A stretch of 64,000 bases of DNA from Nitrospirota bacterium (lineage in GTDB: Bacteria > Nitrospirota > UBA9217): assembly GCA_963790205.1 (NCBI GenBank), contig CAWBNQ010000005.1, positions 288,001-352,000 of the forward strand, written 5' to 3'. Positions 9,672 to 21,200 of the stretch are shown here, one piece after another; the first letter of the stretch is position 1; each line of letters opens with the position of its first letter. A model generated the notes under the pieces. It had not been told where the DNA came from and searched no databases. It saw only the letters and a program-made list of their open reading frames with translations. The translations under genes were made by a program, and so were the position numbers.

Positions 9672-9901
9672 AAATATTAATTCAATGGGCCAGCCCTCCA
9701 GTAAGCTGCTGCGGATTCATTCATCGAAAACGGCAAAGCACATTTTGTATTAAGGCTTAATGATATTCTTAAAACTGCTATAATATTACCGTGCGGCAAA
9801 GAGAGAAACCGCTCTGCGATAGGTTGCACAGTTGTATTGCAAGCCGCTGGTTTCTTAGCGCGCTGAAGCGCAGCATTGCGGGATGAACATCGGATGAAGT
9901 C

Positions 9902-10822
9902 ATGAAAATATTGCTTGCGACAGATGGGTCTCAATACTCCGAATGTGCGGCGCAATTCCTGACCCGTCTCGATTGGTCTCAAGATGACGCTATAACGGTA
10001 TTTCATGCCGTCTTCGCGATCCCGTTCCGAAATGACGAGAAGTTCTATTTCAGCACTCTCAAAGCGATTAAAAAGGAGATCGCACCCTGGATTCTTGATT
10101 CCGCGCTGGCCATTTTAAAACCGGTAAAGGCGATTGTAAGCGTTCAAATCGATGAATTTCCAGCCAACCAGTGCACCCCGGAGCGCTGCATCATTGATGC
10201 GGCCGAATCATCGGACATGGACATGATAGCGATGGGCGCGCGGGGAATAAGGGGAATTGCATCAGCCCTTCTCGGGAGCGTAACGAGGTTGGTCACGATT
10301 AAATCGACGAAACCGGTCCTTGTCGTAAAGCCTTCGGCAAGAACACATTACGATGGTTTGAAAATCCTTTTTGCCACTGACGGCTCCGACTGTTCCCGGG
10401 ACACGGGAGAGTTCTTGTCTTCCATCCCGTTTCCTGATTCCACGGAAGTGACCATCGTAAATATAATATCGTCGGGTTTTTCTGACATCCCCGAACGCTT
10501 TGTTTTGGAGATCAATGAACGGATCAAAGAGGCTGTGGCCAACAGGAGAGAGATTGAATTCTCGGAATCTGAACACGTCCTCGGACAGTCGAGAAAAGTC
10601 CTGAGTAAAAGGTACAAACACATCCATGTCCTGTCCAAAGTGGGAGACCCTTCAACGGAAATCTTGAAAGCAGGGGATGAAATGGGCGCCGACATAATTG
10701 TCGTGGGCAGCAGAGGGGTCAGGGGGGTCGAGGGATTACTGGGAAGCGTATCAAGGAATATCCTCACCCATTCGAAATGCTCCGTCTTTATCGGGAAAAC
10801 GCTCAAAAAACGTGATCCGTAA
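9902..10822 (+). CDS. Tandem-domain universal stress protein
   Basis: Two KIL.ATDGS...G.RG..LLGSV domains. Confidence 0.92.
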   Translation: MKILLATDGSQYSECAAQFLTRLDWSQDDAITVFHAVFAIPFRNDEKFYFSTLKAIKKEIAPWILDSALAILKPVKAIVSVQIDEFPANQCTPERCIIDAAESSDMDMIAMGARGIRGIASALLGSVTRLVTIKSTKPVLVVKPSARTHYDGLKILFATDGSDCSRDTGEFLSSIPFPDSTEVTIVNIISSGFSDIPERFVLEINERIKEAVANRREIEFSESEHVLGQSRKVLSKRYKHIHVLSKVGDPSTEILKAGDEMGADIIVVGSRGVRGVEGLLGSVSRNILTHSKCSVFIGKTLKKRDP

Positions 10823-11033
10823 TCTTCGCCGACTTCCAAAAGAAGAGGCATCGACGCCGAATATTGACGTTGGCGGTAATGAGCGCGGCCTGGGTTCGCT
10901 GCAGCGTTTATGTCCACGGTATGCTGAATTTTTTTTCACTACAAAACGACATGTTCGATAAACACCCTCGTACCAATAGGTCGGTTGAATAAAACGGAAT
11001 CCGACAATTTAATCGGCAAACAATGCGATTGAC

Positions 11034-12138
11034 TAATACAAACGCAGTAAATATTGTTACACTTTAACCATACTTTATGTTATTCTGGGGGCATGAAAAC
11101 ATCCCCTGCAAGCCCAATAAAGGTGTCCAAAGAGCAATTGCTGGCCCTCGCAGAGAAGGTGCCAGGAGCTTGGATCGGCATAAAGATAGCTACCCTCCTC
11201 TTGGTAATGGAGGGTCAACGACCGGGGTGGATCTCAGAAGTCCTAGGCCAGACCCGGATGAACGTAAACCGCTGGACGCGGGCGGTAAACAAGGACGGAG
11301 TAGAAGCCCTTGTCCCGAAAAAGCAGTCAGGCCGTCCAGTTCGGATGACTCCTAAGATCGTAGCTCAGCTAGAGCTTCAACTGGAGGAATCGCCCCAGAA
11401 GTTCGGCTTAAATCGTATTCGATGGGATGGCCCCACTTTGGCAACTCATTTACAGCGCCAGTTCGGGATAAAGCTGAAAGTCCGTCAGGCCCAATACTGG
11501 ATGCATCAACTTGGGTATCGGTTAAAGCGAGCCAATCACGTTTATCTCCAGGCAAAGGCAGAAGACGCGAAGAAGTTTGCCAGGAGCCTAAAAAAAACTC
11601 AAAACGCTGGGTCCTAAAGAAACTGTGGTTTTTCAGGACGAATGCGGTTTTACTCTGCACCCTCGGCTTGGCCGCGGCTGGGCGCTCATCGGGAAACGGT
11701 TGAAAGTGCCGACAACCAGCCAGCATCAGAAACGTTTGAATGTTTCCGGCTGGGTGGCTCCTCTTCTGGCTCGTGCCGGCGTCATCCAAACGGAACGTGG
11801 CAACCGAGAAGGTTTTCTCAAAGTGCTGCGGCACCTTTATAGCCAGCTTCGTGGCTACACTATCTGGCTGTATGTTGACCGAGCTCGTTGGCATAGGGGT
11901 GACCCAATCCGGGAGTTTCTCAGAAAGCATAAACGACTCCGGATTGTGTACTTACCACCATATCAGCCTGCCTTGAATATGCAGGAGCGCATATGGCGCC
12001 AGATTCGCTATGAATCAACTACCAACCGGTGGTTCGATAACCTTGACGCAATCTGGGCAACGGTCCAAAGGACGCTTGACTCGTGGTCAAAGCACAAAGT
12101 CAGGCGACTTTGTAACATTACTTAGTGCGTTTGTATTA
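11034..12138 (+). mobile_element. IS630 family insertion sequence
   Basis: Terminal IR TAATACAAACGCA(G/C)TAA including flanking TA; two-ORF transposase. Confidence 0.92.
11093..12125 (+). CDS. IS630 transposase (orfA HTH + orfB DDE, joined by a -1 frameshift at the A8 run 11590-11597)
   Basis: FQDECGF, YVDRARWH, YLPPYQPALNMQERIW. Confidence 0.9.
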
Positions 12139-13281
12139 GTGGGGCTTGAAGACCCGCCAAGGCCGGAAGTGCCGGAAGCCATTCACAAGTGCCGGGAAGC
12201 CGGGATCAGAGTGATCATGGTCACCGGCGACCACCCCCGTACCGCCGCGGCGCTCGCTCGTGAAATCGGGCTGACGCAGTCTGACAGCCCGAACGTCATT
12301 ACTGGAGAACAACTGCGGATTTTGTCGCCAATCGAACTTCAACTTGCCCTGGACGCCAGAGAAATCATCTTCGCGCGGGTTACCGCAGACCAGAAGATGC
12401 ACATCGTGGAGGCGCTGAAGAAAAAGAAACATATCGTGGCGGTCACCGGCGATGGTGTCAACGACTCTCCGGCACTAAAGGCGGCGCATATCGGCATCGC
12501 CATGGGTATTATGGGCACAGATGTGGCCAGACAGGCTGCCGACATGGTGCTGCTGGACGACAACTTCGCCAGCATCGTCAATGCCGTCGAAGAAGGGCGT
12601 GCCGTCTTCCAGAATATTCGCAAATTTCTTACGTACGTGTTGGTGCATAACGTTGCCGAATTGATTCCTTACCTCGCCTTTGTGCTGTTCAGGGTACCCT
12701 TGGCGCTGACACCAATCCAGGCACTTTCCATCGATATGGGAACCGACTCGCTCACAGCTCTTGGACTTGGTGTGGAAAAACCTGAACCCAGTGTCATGCG
12801 CCGGCCTCCACGCCCGCAAGGACAAAGGCTGATGAACTGGTTTTTGGTGCTTCGAGCCTATCTCTTCCTGGGGCTGATCGAGGCCTCCATCGCCATGGCC
12901 GCATTTTTTTTTGTGCTCAACAGCGCAAACTGGAAGTATGGACAGAACCTCTCGATCCATGATCCTCTGTACCTACTAGCCACCACGGCCTACCTGAGCG
13001 CTATCATCTTGATGCAAATCGTGAACGTATTTATGTGCAGAAGCTCTTTCCGCTCGGTGTTTACAACCGGGCTTCTAGGCAATCCACTGATTATTTGTGG
13101 CGTGATCACGGAAATCGCCCTGATGCTTTTGATCAACTATGGCCCATGGGCCAATGCTCTCCTGGGAACGTCCGGCATCGGAATGAATATTTGGCTGTTC
13201 ATTATCCCCTTCGGAGCCGTCATGCTGATTCTGGAAGAACTGCGCAAGTGGTCTGTGCGCAAAAGGCTGCTCAAAGATTAG
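12139..13281 (+). pseudogene. Cation-transporting P-type ATPase, C-terminal part only
   Basis: DPPRPEV, MVTGDH, VTGDGVND, DDNFASIV; N-terminal part with DKTGT is absent left of IS630. Confidence 0.88.
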
Positions 13282-13679
13282 TAGTAAATAATCATGCGTA
13301 TTATCACCCAAAGGAGCCACTCATAATCACGAAAGAAGTAAAAGGTTTTTTCCTTTCTCCTACAACAGCGGCAAAGAGCTGGCGAATAAAACGAGTATAT
13401 CCACTCTCTGAGGAGCAGTGTAATTATCTTGGGAATATTCTGACGCCAGACGAAATACAAATCATCAGAAAGTTTCGGCAGTTTTCCGAAGAGCGCAAAA
13501 CTGAGATTATCGGCCATGTTGATTACTTGTTTACTCAAAGAGAAACAGATACGCCAATTCATCATGGCATTTGATGAAAATTGGCTCTCGAATGATCAAA
13601 ATATTCAAACGCCTTATTTTGTCAGTTTTATTAGCAGGGTAGTCCGCGCCTTCTTTACCACTTGTATATATTGGAAAAA

Positions 13680-14298
13680 TCCGCGCCCGCTGGTCAGACG
13701 CAACGTCAACACCTACGCTCGCGATCGTGAACGCGACTGACCCGGACAGCCCGAACCTTACATATGATTTCGAGGTGTACGCGGGAGGCACACTCGTGGC
13801 CAAGGTGAACGGCGTTTCTGGCGACAGTTCGGGCATAACTTCAGCCACGCTTACCGCAGCTCTCACGGACAACACGGTCTACCAGTGGCGAACACGGGCA
13901 TATGATGGAAACCTCTACGGCCCTTGGACGGCTACGGCGAGCTTCACGGTCCATCTGCCGCAAACAGGCATTACCGCCACGATCGACTTCGACCCCGACA
14001 CGCTCAATAAATCGAGCAACGGGACCTGGGTCGTGGTCTACATCGAGCTGCCGGCAGGCTACAACATAAAGACATCGACATCACTTCGGTCCGCCTCGCA
14101 GGGACCATCCCTGCGGAGACGTGGCCTTACGCGATCGGCGACCAGGACAAGGACGGTATCCCCGACCTGATGGTAAAATTCAAGCGGGGCGACGTGATCA
14201 AACTTCTGCCGAACGGAGATCAGGTCACTGTGCATGTAATGGGGAAAGTGGGAACGACGACGTTCGAGGGAGTGGATGTGATCAGGGTGATTCCCTAG
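13680..14298 (+). pseudogene. C-terminal fragment of a surface/extracellular beta-sandwich protein (frameshift near 14070)
   Basis: YQWRTRAYDG..GPW (FnIII-like), DFDPDTLN and, in another frame, GDQDKDGIPDLMVKF...FEGVDVIRVI. Confidence 0.55.
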
Positions 14299-14874
14299 AT
14301 CCACTTTTAAGAAAATGTAGTGAAAAAGATTTTTTTTATAATCAGCGAGTCGTGAGGGAGTGTGGCATGATTGCCACGCTCCCTCACTGCTCGGTGTAAC
14401 TTTCAACCCGTAATGTGAAATAGTTTTACGTGCATGATTCTATCGGTATTTGATAGAGTTCCAATCTATTGAAACTCGTTTGATTGTAGGTGTTATGTGG
14501 AGCTCCACATAACACCTACAACTATGTACTTTCAGGAAATAGAAACTATTATCGATTACTGAGTGAAACATACAATGCATAAACCTGATAGTTGTTGAAA
14601 TGAAAGTTCGAGTCTTTTGCGGCTCCCCGGGTGAGACGCTCAGCAAAACTCCTTACCGTACCTATTTGGCTTCTTGATGATCCCTACAAAGAAGTTTAAC
14701 CCTAGAGCGAAGTATTTTTTAGCACGACTTTAGCAAGCATATCTACTAAATCAAGTCATCGGTACTCCCTTCTGGCGCGTGAACCTGAGGAGCTCTATCA
14801 ATCCAATTTTGCAGTCTATACCTACAACCGTGAGAGTTTAGCTGGATTGAAACCCTGACAAGTTCGGGTTGAAA

Positions 14875-15596
14875 CAATAGCGATGAGCTGACCCACGCGC
14901 CGTAGGCGTTGGGTCGAGCGACAGGTGTACGCCCGGCACGGGCGTGAGCTTATGGGGTGCAAGTCCCCTATACGAGAACCGATGCTATCACAAGTACGAG
15001 CCAATGACAAGGGCGGAAGGGCGACCGACTGTCTGGAGGAAGCCTAGCGGCGAACGTGCGAGCCGACGGACAGAAACCGCATACAAGGCTCAGCCCTCGG
15101 GCAAGTCAGCACCACATGACGAAGCCCACCGGTTCAGAGGGTAGGGTAAATGCGGTGGTTGTGCACGGAAAGTTCACGCTCTTATCCGGGGAGATCTGCA
15201 CGCCAGATACGAGTCCCAATACGGGAACCACGAACCAGACAGCAATCTCATGACGAACCCCTATAGCGCCGTTTCTGGAAACAGAGACGGTGAGCGTGCA
15301 GAAGTCAGCAGACGGCATAGTAGTCCCGCAATTGGGACGAAGGCCAGAACGCGGAAATGAGTGGAGCATCTGATAAGCTCGGTATCGGCGATGAATCCGA
15401 ACGGATGAGCCAGATGTCGGCGCGTTATGGATTGCTTCCACTCGATCACGTTGCAGTGGAAAGAGTTGAATCCATCGTGGATGTGGTTCAATGTCCGGCG
15501 ACGGCCCGATGATTTCCGCGAACCGCCTGGTGCGGACCCGCATGCCAGGTGGTGTGGAAGCTGGGGGGAGAAATCCCCCCGGCTACACGATTAGAT
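14875..15596 (-). other. Integron attC site interrupted by a group II intron
   Basis: Removing 14927-15591 restores ATCTAAC-N5-GCTCGACCC...GGGTCAGC-N5-GCTATTG (R'' intact, L boxes with an extra-helical base, R' degenerate). Confidence 0.65.
14927..15591 (+). ncRNA. ORF-less group IIC (attC-type) intron
   Basis: 5' GTACGCCCGGCACGGGCG; short IIC domain V GAACCGCCTGGTGCGGACCCGCATGCCAGGTGGTG at 15520; domain VI and 3' ...ACGAT; no RT ORF. Confidence 0.85.
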
Positions 15597-15705
15597 TCCT
15601 GAGAAGTGTCAAGCAGCTTTAATGATTCATTTCTTTTTTCAATTGCTGTTACCCCGCGTCCGAAAGAAAATAAGAGATAATACGGGTCGTTTGTGAGACG
15701 CTACA

Positions 15706-16593
15706 CTAGCGTGCTTGAACCGCTTGACTATTGGGTGCGAGCTGAATGGAGTATGTTTGGCACGGTAGCGTTTCGCCGGGCGGCGCGGGTGCGTTCAGAC
15801 CGCATGTTCCATAAGCTATGGTCGCAAAACCTCCGATGCCCCAGTCAGATCCGAAACTATTCTTGATAATCCAGCCAATGGTATCAAAACCGATAATGCA
15901 TACTGAATGGAGTTGTTGACTCCCGGAACCTAGGTCTGGCACATAGGTTGGTGTCTGACCGCGATAATCAAAGAAGTTTTCCCATATCCACATGTCCGTG
16001 ACGACGGGTCCCGATTGAACTACGGCTGCTTTGGTTGAATTCGGACCGGTAAGACGCGTATAGCCAGCCATGGTGCGAATCGCCGTTGTCGAGCAATTCT
16101 CCACAGGAAATGGATATGCATTTCCATTCTGCGTAGAGGCGTAGCCGCGTGCCAGCACCGCCGCTAAGACCACTCCCAGGTCGGCTCCAGTACGGCAGTC
16201 CTCGTTGGCGTCAACGATTGCTCCACCATGACCCAGGCATGTATGAATATAGCCCGGATCAACTACTAGCGGTTGCTGATGGCCGATCGCCAAAGCGGCC
16301 TCTATCGCTGCGCTAATTGCAAAAGATGTGCAGGCATTGCAGGGGAGTTGCGAAGTCGGCGTACTTATAACGCTGTGAGTTCGCCAGTCCCAGGAAAGCA
16401 CTGAAGGCGGTGCTTGCATATCCGGAGCTAGCGCAAGGAACTCTCCCGATTTTAGTTTCGGTCTGAGAGGCGGAACAAACTTGGCGTAAGCCTCGCGCAA
16501 TCGCTGCGAAAGGGGGGCAAGCCCATCATCTTTGGATACATTGGACACTGTGACATCCTCAATTGCCTGCTGCGCTTTGCGCCTTTTGAGCAC
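15706..16593 (-). CDS. Papain-like (C1) cysteine peptidase
   Basis: DWR, QLPCNACTSFA, HSVCIIGF, WIIKNSFGSDWG; start position uncertain. Confidence 0.85.
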   Translation of the reverse strand: MLKRRKAQQAIEDVTVSNVSKDDGLAPLSQRLREAYAKFVPPLRPKLKSGEFLALAPDMQAPPSVLSWDWRTHSVISTPTSQLPCNACTSFAISAAIEAALAIGHQQPLVVDPGYIHTCLGHGGAIVDANEDCRTGADLGVVLAAVLARGYASTQNGNAYPFPVENCSTTAIRTMAGYTRLTGPNSTKAAVVQSGPVVTDMWIWENFFDYRGQTPTYVPDLGSGSQQLHSVCIIGFDTIGWIIKNSFGSDWGIGGFATIAYGTCGLNAPAPPGETLPCQTYSIQLAPNSQAVQAR

Positions 16594-17977
16594 TGTTCAG
16601 AGCGGCTTCGGCGTTGATCTGTGCAAGCTTGGCCTGAGCAAGAGCTGTTTCCGCTTGTATGGGCGCGAGGATATCCGCATCGGCGTTGTTGGCTTTCGCA
16701 GTCTCTAGGGCGTTTTCGGCGGTTAACTGGTCCGTTTGGGCCTTTATCTTCGCGAGCTTTGCGGCGTTGATGGCATTGGGTATGCCGCCAACCTGGGTGG
16801 CCGTCTCCTTGAGCGCACCTGTGGCGGTTGTGGCAGCGGCGACTTTCTCAGCGACCTCAATCGACGAAGGCGCTCCATTAGCATCGGTTGCGAGCGCCAT
16901 GGTTTCTGATTTGAACGTACCGCCTTTGGTGGGTACTGCATAAACAAGGCCTAGTTGCAGAATTGGGCCTTCAAACTTGCCAATCACTTTGGCGTCAGGC
17001 ACGTTACAGGCGGCTACAGCGCAAACCTTCAGCCTTCCCGGAACTGCAAATCGGACCGGCACACCCTTCGAAATATTGATTTGCGGAGCCGTTTTAAGCT
17101 TGGCGCCATCGATCCCAAGCGACCCGGTGCGTTCGAGTTGCAGATAAACGTCGAACTGCTTCGCCTGGATGTCAGGTTGTGAAATTTTTGCCCACTTATT
17201 TAAAACGTTTTTAACATCAATCGAATAGGGACCTCCACTCAGCACCGTGCCATCGTCCGGCCAACTGAGGGGTTGGGTATCCGAAGTCAGTTTCATGTCA
17301 TCCGCAAGTTTCTTTTGATCGTCAGCAAGTTTCTTCTTCGCATTGGCTTGAGCGCCGAGCGCATCGACCAGCGCTTTTTTGATCGACTTGTCCGCGGCAT
17401 TCCCCAACGTCGCGACCTGACTCGACAGCAACGTCACCTGGTCGGTCGCTGCCACAAGGTCATTGGTCTCCCTGTCAACGGTGTCCTTCAATGTCTTAAT
17501 CTCGGTCACTGCCGCGTTCACCTCAGCGGTGCAGGCCTCGAGAGGCGCTCCTGGTGCCGCCCCCGCAACCGCCACGAGCGGCGCGATGGCCGCAACAGCG
17601 CTTACGACGTTTGAAATAACAGCAGCCGTCGCGTTTTCCGCCGACGTGTTGAGCGCAGTGCTTGTACCCTCCGGCGCAAACGTGGATTTGATATCGCTCG
17701 TGCTGAACCAGCCATCAGAGTGCAAAGTAAACATTCCTTTGGGATCAAGCGCCTTGCTCGATACAATCTGTACTTCCACAGCGCCTTTTAGATGATCACC
17801 ACACCCAATTACGCGCCTCGTGATGGTGAGCGTGAAAGTCGTCATTGGCATGTTGTAGGGAACACCATTCATTGTGGCGGCTGTGCCGTCGAATCGGTTG
17901 ACCACGATGCCACTCCCGCAGCCAACGCAGCCTAAGGCAATCAATGTGCAGGTGATCATTGCTCTAATCATATTCAA
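16559..17977 (-). CDS. Hypothetical lipoprotein with coiled-coil segments
   Basis: 472-aa ORF, GGGAGG RBS, lipobox-like CVGC, Ala/Lys-rich helices. Confidence 0.7.
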   Translation of the reverse strand: MNMIRAMITCTLIALGCVGCGSGIVVNRFDGTAATMNGVPYNMPMTTFTLTITRRVIGCGDHLKGAVEVQIVSSKALDPKGMFTLHSDGWFSTSDIKSTFAPEGTSTALNTSAENATAAVISNVVSAVAAIAPLVAVAGAAPGAPLEACTAEVNAAVTEIKTLKDTVDRETNDLVAATDQVTLLSSQVATLGNAADKSIKKALVDALGAQANAKKKLADDQKKLADDMKLTSDTQPLSWPDDGTVLSGGPYSIDVKNVLNKWAKISQPDIQAKQFDVYLQLERTGSLGIDGAKLKTAPQINISKGVPVRFAVPGRLKVCAVAACNVPDAKVIGKFEGPILQLGLVYAVPTKGGTFKSETMALATDANGAPSSIEVAEKVAAATTATGALKETATQVGGIPNAINAAKLAKIKAQTDQLTAENALETAKANNADADILAPIQAETALAQAKLAQINAEAALNSAQKAQSAAGN

Positions 17978-18224
17978 CCCTCCCAGAGTGCAATATAATA
18001 ATAGTTGCAGAATAATGTAGGTGACGGATGCCCAAGTCTAGGCGAACACAAACAGCCCTTTAAAAAAACAGAGAAGAAAACCTTTTGGGGATAGCATATT
18101 TCGCGCAACATACTGTGATTATTGGAGAATGCTATGCGCTGTTCCGCTGAGTCTTTTGGCCCAATGTTTTTATATCACAACGGAGTAGTTCGCTTCAAAG
18201 AAACACCCACTCCGTCTAAACTTT

Positions 18225-21200
18225 TTATCGAGGTAACGCGAGCGGCCCCGGATCACCAATGCACACGAAAGGGCCCCATGTGGCCGGATTTGGCAAAATC
18301 TCCTTCAGAGCGCGCCGCGATCTCGTCAGTGCCTCGACGCGCGGAGTTCCCTCACGCAGCGCTTCATAGAACGTGACCATGAGTTGGCCGGTAGCGAGGT
18401 CTTTGACTTGCCAGAGGCTAGCTACGACCGTCTGTGCGCCAGCCGCGAGGAAGGCTGAACTCAGGCCGATGATGCCCTCACCTATTTGCACCACGCCGAG
18501 TCCGGTTTGGCATGCAGAGAGGACGACGAGTTCTGTTCCGGAGAGGCTAAGGCCAGCGACATCCGCACCTGTCATGATCCCATCTTCTGCCTCGGGTGGC
18601 ATCGCTTCGCCGAGGATCCAACGGTTGGCACCAGCCAGTGCGATGCCGCTGCGAAGCACTGGGTTTTCATAGTACACGAGACGGGCTGGGACTGTCGGGT
18701 CCGGGTCTATGTTTAGAGCGCTTGTAAGTTTCGTTTCAGGCGGATCCTGGAGGAAGAAGCCGTGCGTCGCGAGGTGCAGGATTTGCGGTCCGCGGATGAT
18801 GTGCTTCAGGCGCCCCTCGAGGGCATCACTGTCGATAATGGGATCGACTCCAAGTACTTTGGCCACGTTAACAGCCTCCTCATGCGCACCAAGAAGGCGC
18901 TCGAACCTGTCCGGGCCGCAACGAAGGCGCTTTAGGTGCGGCTCGCCACCGCTCGCGAGATCGAAGTCAGGGTCTCCGATGACAACCGGCGGCGACGACG
19001 GCGACATGGGCGACGCGCCGAAGCGAATCGCGTCACGGCCGCAGGTGAGGTAGCTAACAATGAATGAATCTATGAGGTGTCCCGTCACCCCATCAGGAAG
19101 CACCTCCAAAGGCAGGCGGGCAATGGCTCCATCCGGCGCAACGAAGAGCCTGCGACAGCCTTTGAGCGCATCCTCGAGCGGATCAAAGATCGCTTTTCGG
19201 ACGGTGAAGGCTACCTCTCGTCCGGGATGGGTATCGGCGAGCCCTAGCTCAAGCACGTGGTGATGGGCTGCGATCGCCGACTCAATGGTCGCAGCCGGTC
19301 CGAGATCGATGAGTTGCGGAATGGCGTCCGTACCGGCCACGAGCACAAATGCGACATATCGTCGCTCTCTGCCATATACATGCAGGTACTCGATGAGTGC
19401 CGAGCTGCCCGGGAGCGCTTGTGCACACCGGTGATGGTCGACAGAGGAGAGTCGAGCAAAGAGCGACATTGTCGGGAGTTCATGGACGAGTTGCGCCTGG
19501 AGCCGCTCCTGCTCTCTCTTCCACACGAGCACCTGCGCGCTCTGTTGGATCCGGCGCCACGGACGCGAAAGCTCTCGTGCCGCAATCCACATGCCCAGCT
19601 CAAGCACACGCGCGCGAATAGACTCAAGATCAGGACGTGCCTTCAAGACGTCCTCACGCTCAAACGCAATTGCCTCGCCGCCAAGCGCCTTGTTCCGTAA
19701 AACGCCATCAAATACAGCTCTGACGCGGTCCTCGAGCCTCGGTGCTTTGGCGGCTGCGGCGACGAGCGTCTGGAGGACGGCATGGGCATCGCCAAGATAG
19801 GCGGCGCGATGGGCCTCCGACGCGAACGAAAAAACCGCCGCACAGTTACGTTCAAGCACTCCGAAGCACTCGACGATGGCAGAGTGGGCCTCGTCATGTT
19901 TGGCCATCTCGGCTTGAAGCAGGGCGAGCTCAGAGAGCGCGGCAAGACGCACGGATGGGACGATATTCATGTCAACCGAGCAGATGTCCACAGCCTCCCT
20001 TAGGCGGTCGTCGGCAACAGAGAGGTGCTTGCGATCAACTTCCACCCGTGCCTCGATGACGGCGAGTGCGGCTTCCAGCTGAGAGGGTTTGCCCCTCAGT
20101 ATCTCGCGAGCATACGAAAGCGAGATGCCGGCCGCCTCAAGGGAAACATTAGAAGGCTCGATGTTGGCCGAGTCGAGGTTACCCATCCGACGCTCCACTT
20201 CCGCCTGTGTGATGAAGATGACGGCGAGTGCCCTGTCTGAATAACCGTAAGTGTCCCCCGCGATCAGACTAGCCGCTTTGATAAATTGGAGCGCTCGATC
20301 CAGGTCATCTGCACGGAAAGAACACACTCCTAATCCGAGGAGACATGCTGAGATGAGACTCTCGGCGTAGTAGAGCATCGCGGTTCCGCAGAAGAGGTGA
20401 AACCGGAGCTTGTCGAGCACCTTGAACGTGCGGTGATACATCTCTCTCGCGGCCTCAGGATCCCCGATTATCTCCAGCCCTTTTCCGAGATACAGTAGCG
20501 TCAAAGAGTACTCGTACAAGACGGATGGTGCCATGGCGATCCAGATGAGATTGCTTTCTGCGGCAACCGCTTCGTAGCGAGCGCGAGCCAGCGCGACGGA
20601 CTGTTCGAGTTGAGGCATCGCCTCCCGATAGGAGCCATGCAGCAGCTCGGCCCAACCTCGCGACAGGAACGCTCGTGGTCCACCCCGCCTCAGCGCTGTA
20701 AGGATCGCCCAAGAACTCCGGCGTCCTGGACTCTCTGCTGGTATGCCGGTCGAGGGCGGCCGCGACGGCGAGCTGGCTTCCGTGACGTGCCGCTCCCCTT
20801 CAAGGTCGAAGTCTAGTTCGGGTGGAATGGGAAGCGGCTTGCCGCTGCGGAAGTACTCGAGAAGGGCAGACACCTTTCCTCTTGAAGGAATATCAATGCA
20901 TCGAAGCACAAATTCGAGAGCGACAGGGTCAGCGATTGCAGCCGCAGCTACTTGACGACCGCGTACCCAAATGCCGCCGCCCGCGCGGACGAGTTCCTCG
21001 TGGAGTCGCTCTAGGTCCTTTGTCCACGCCTTGCACCGATCGAGGACGACGAGAATACTCGGGTCCACCAGGCATCTGTCAAGCAGTATATCGAGGTAGG
21101 TGTAAGGGATCACCAATCCCAGCTCCACACTCATCTGCTGCTCCTTACTCAGTGTCTTAGGCGACCTGGCTACTTTGGGAACGACGGCCGCAGCGAGTCT

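Noticed and set aside
12010..12138. N-terminal extension of the P-type ATPase ORF
   Set aside because: It lies inside IS630 in an alternative frame, so it is not ATPase sequence
13035..13574. 179-aa ORF
   Set aside because: The first half overlaps the ATPase; only the tail looks like an orphan gene fragment and no product can be supported
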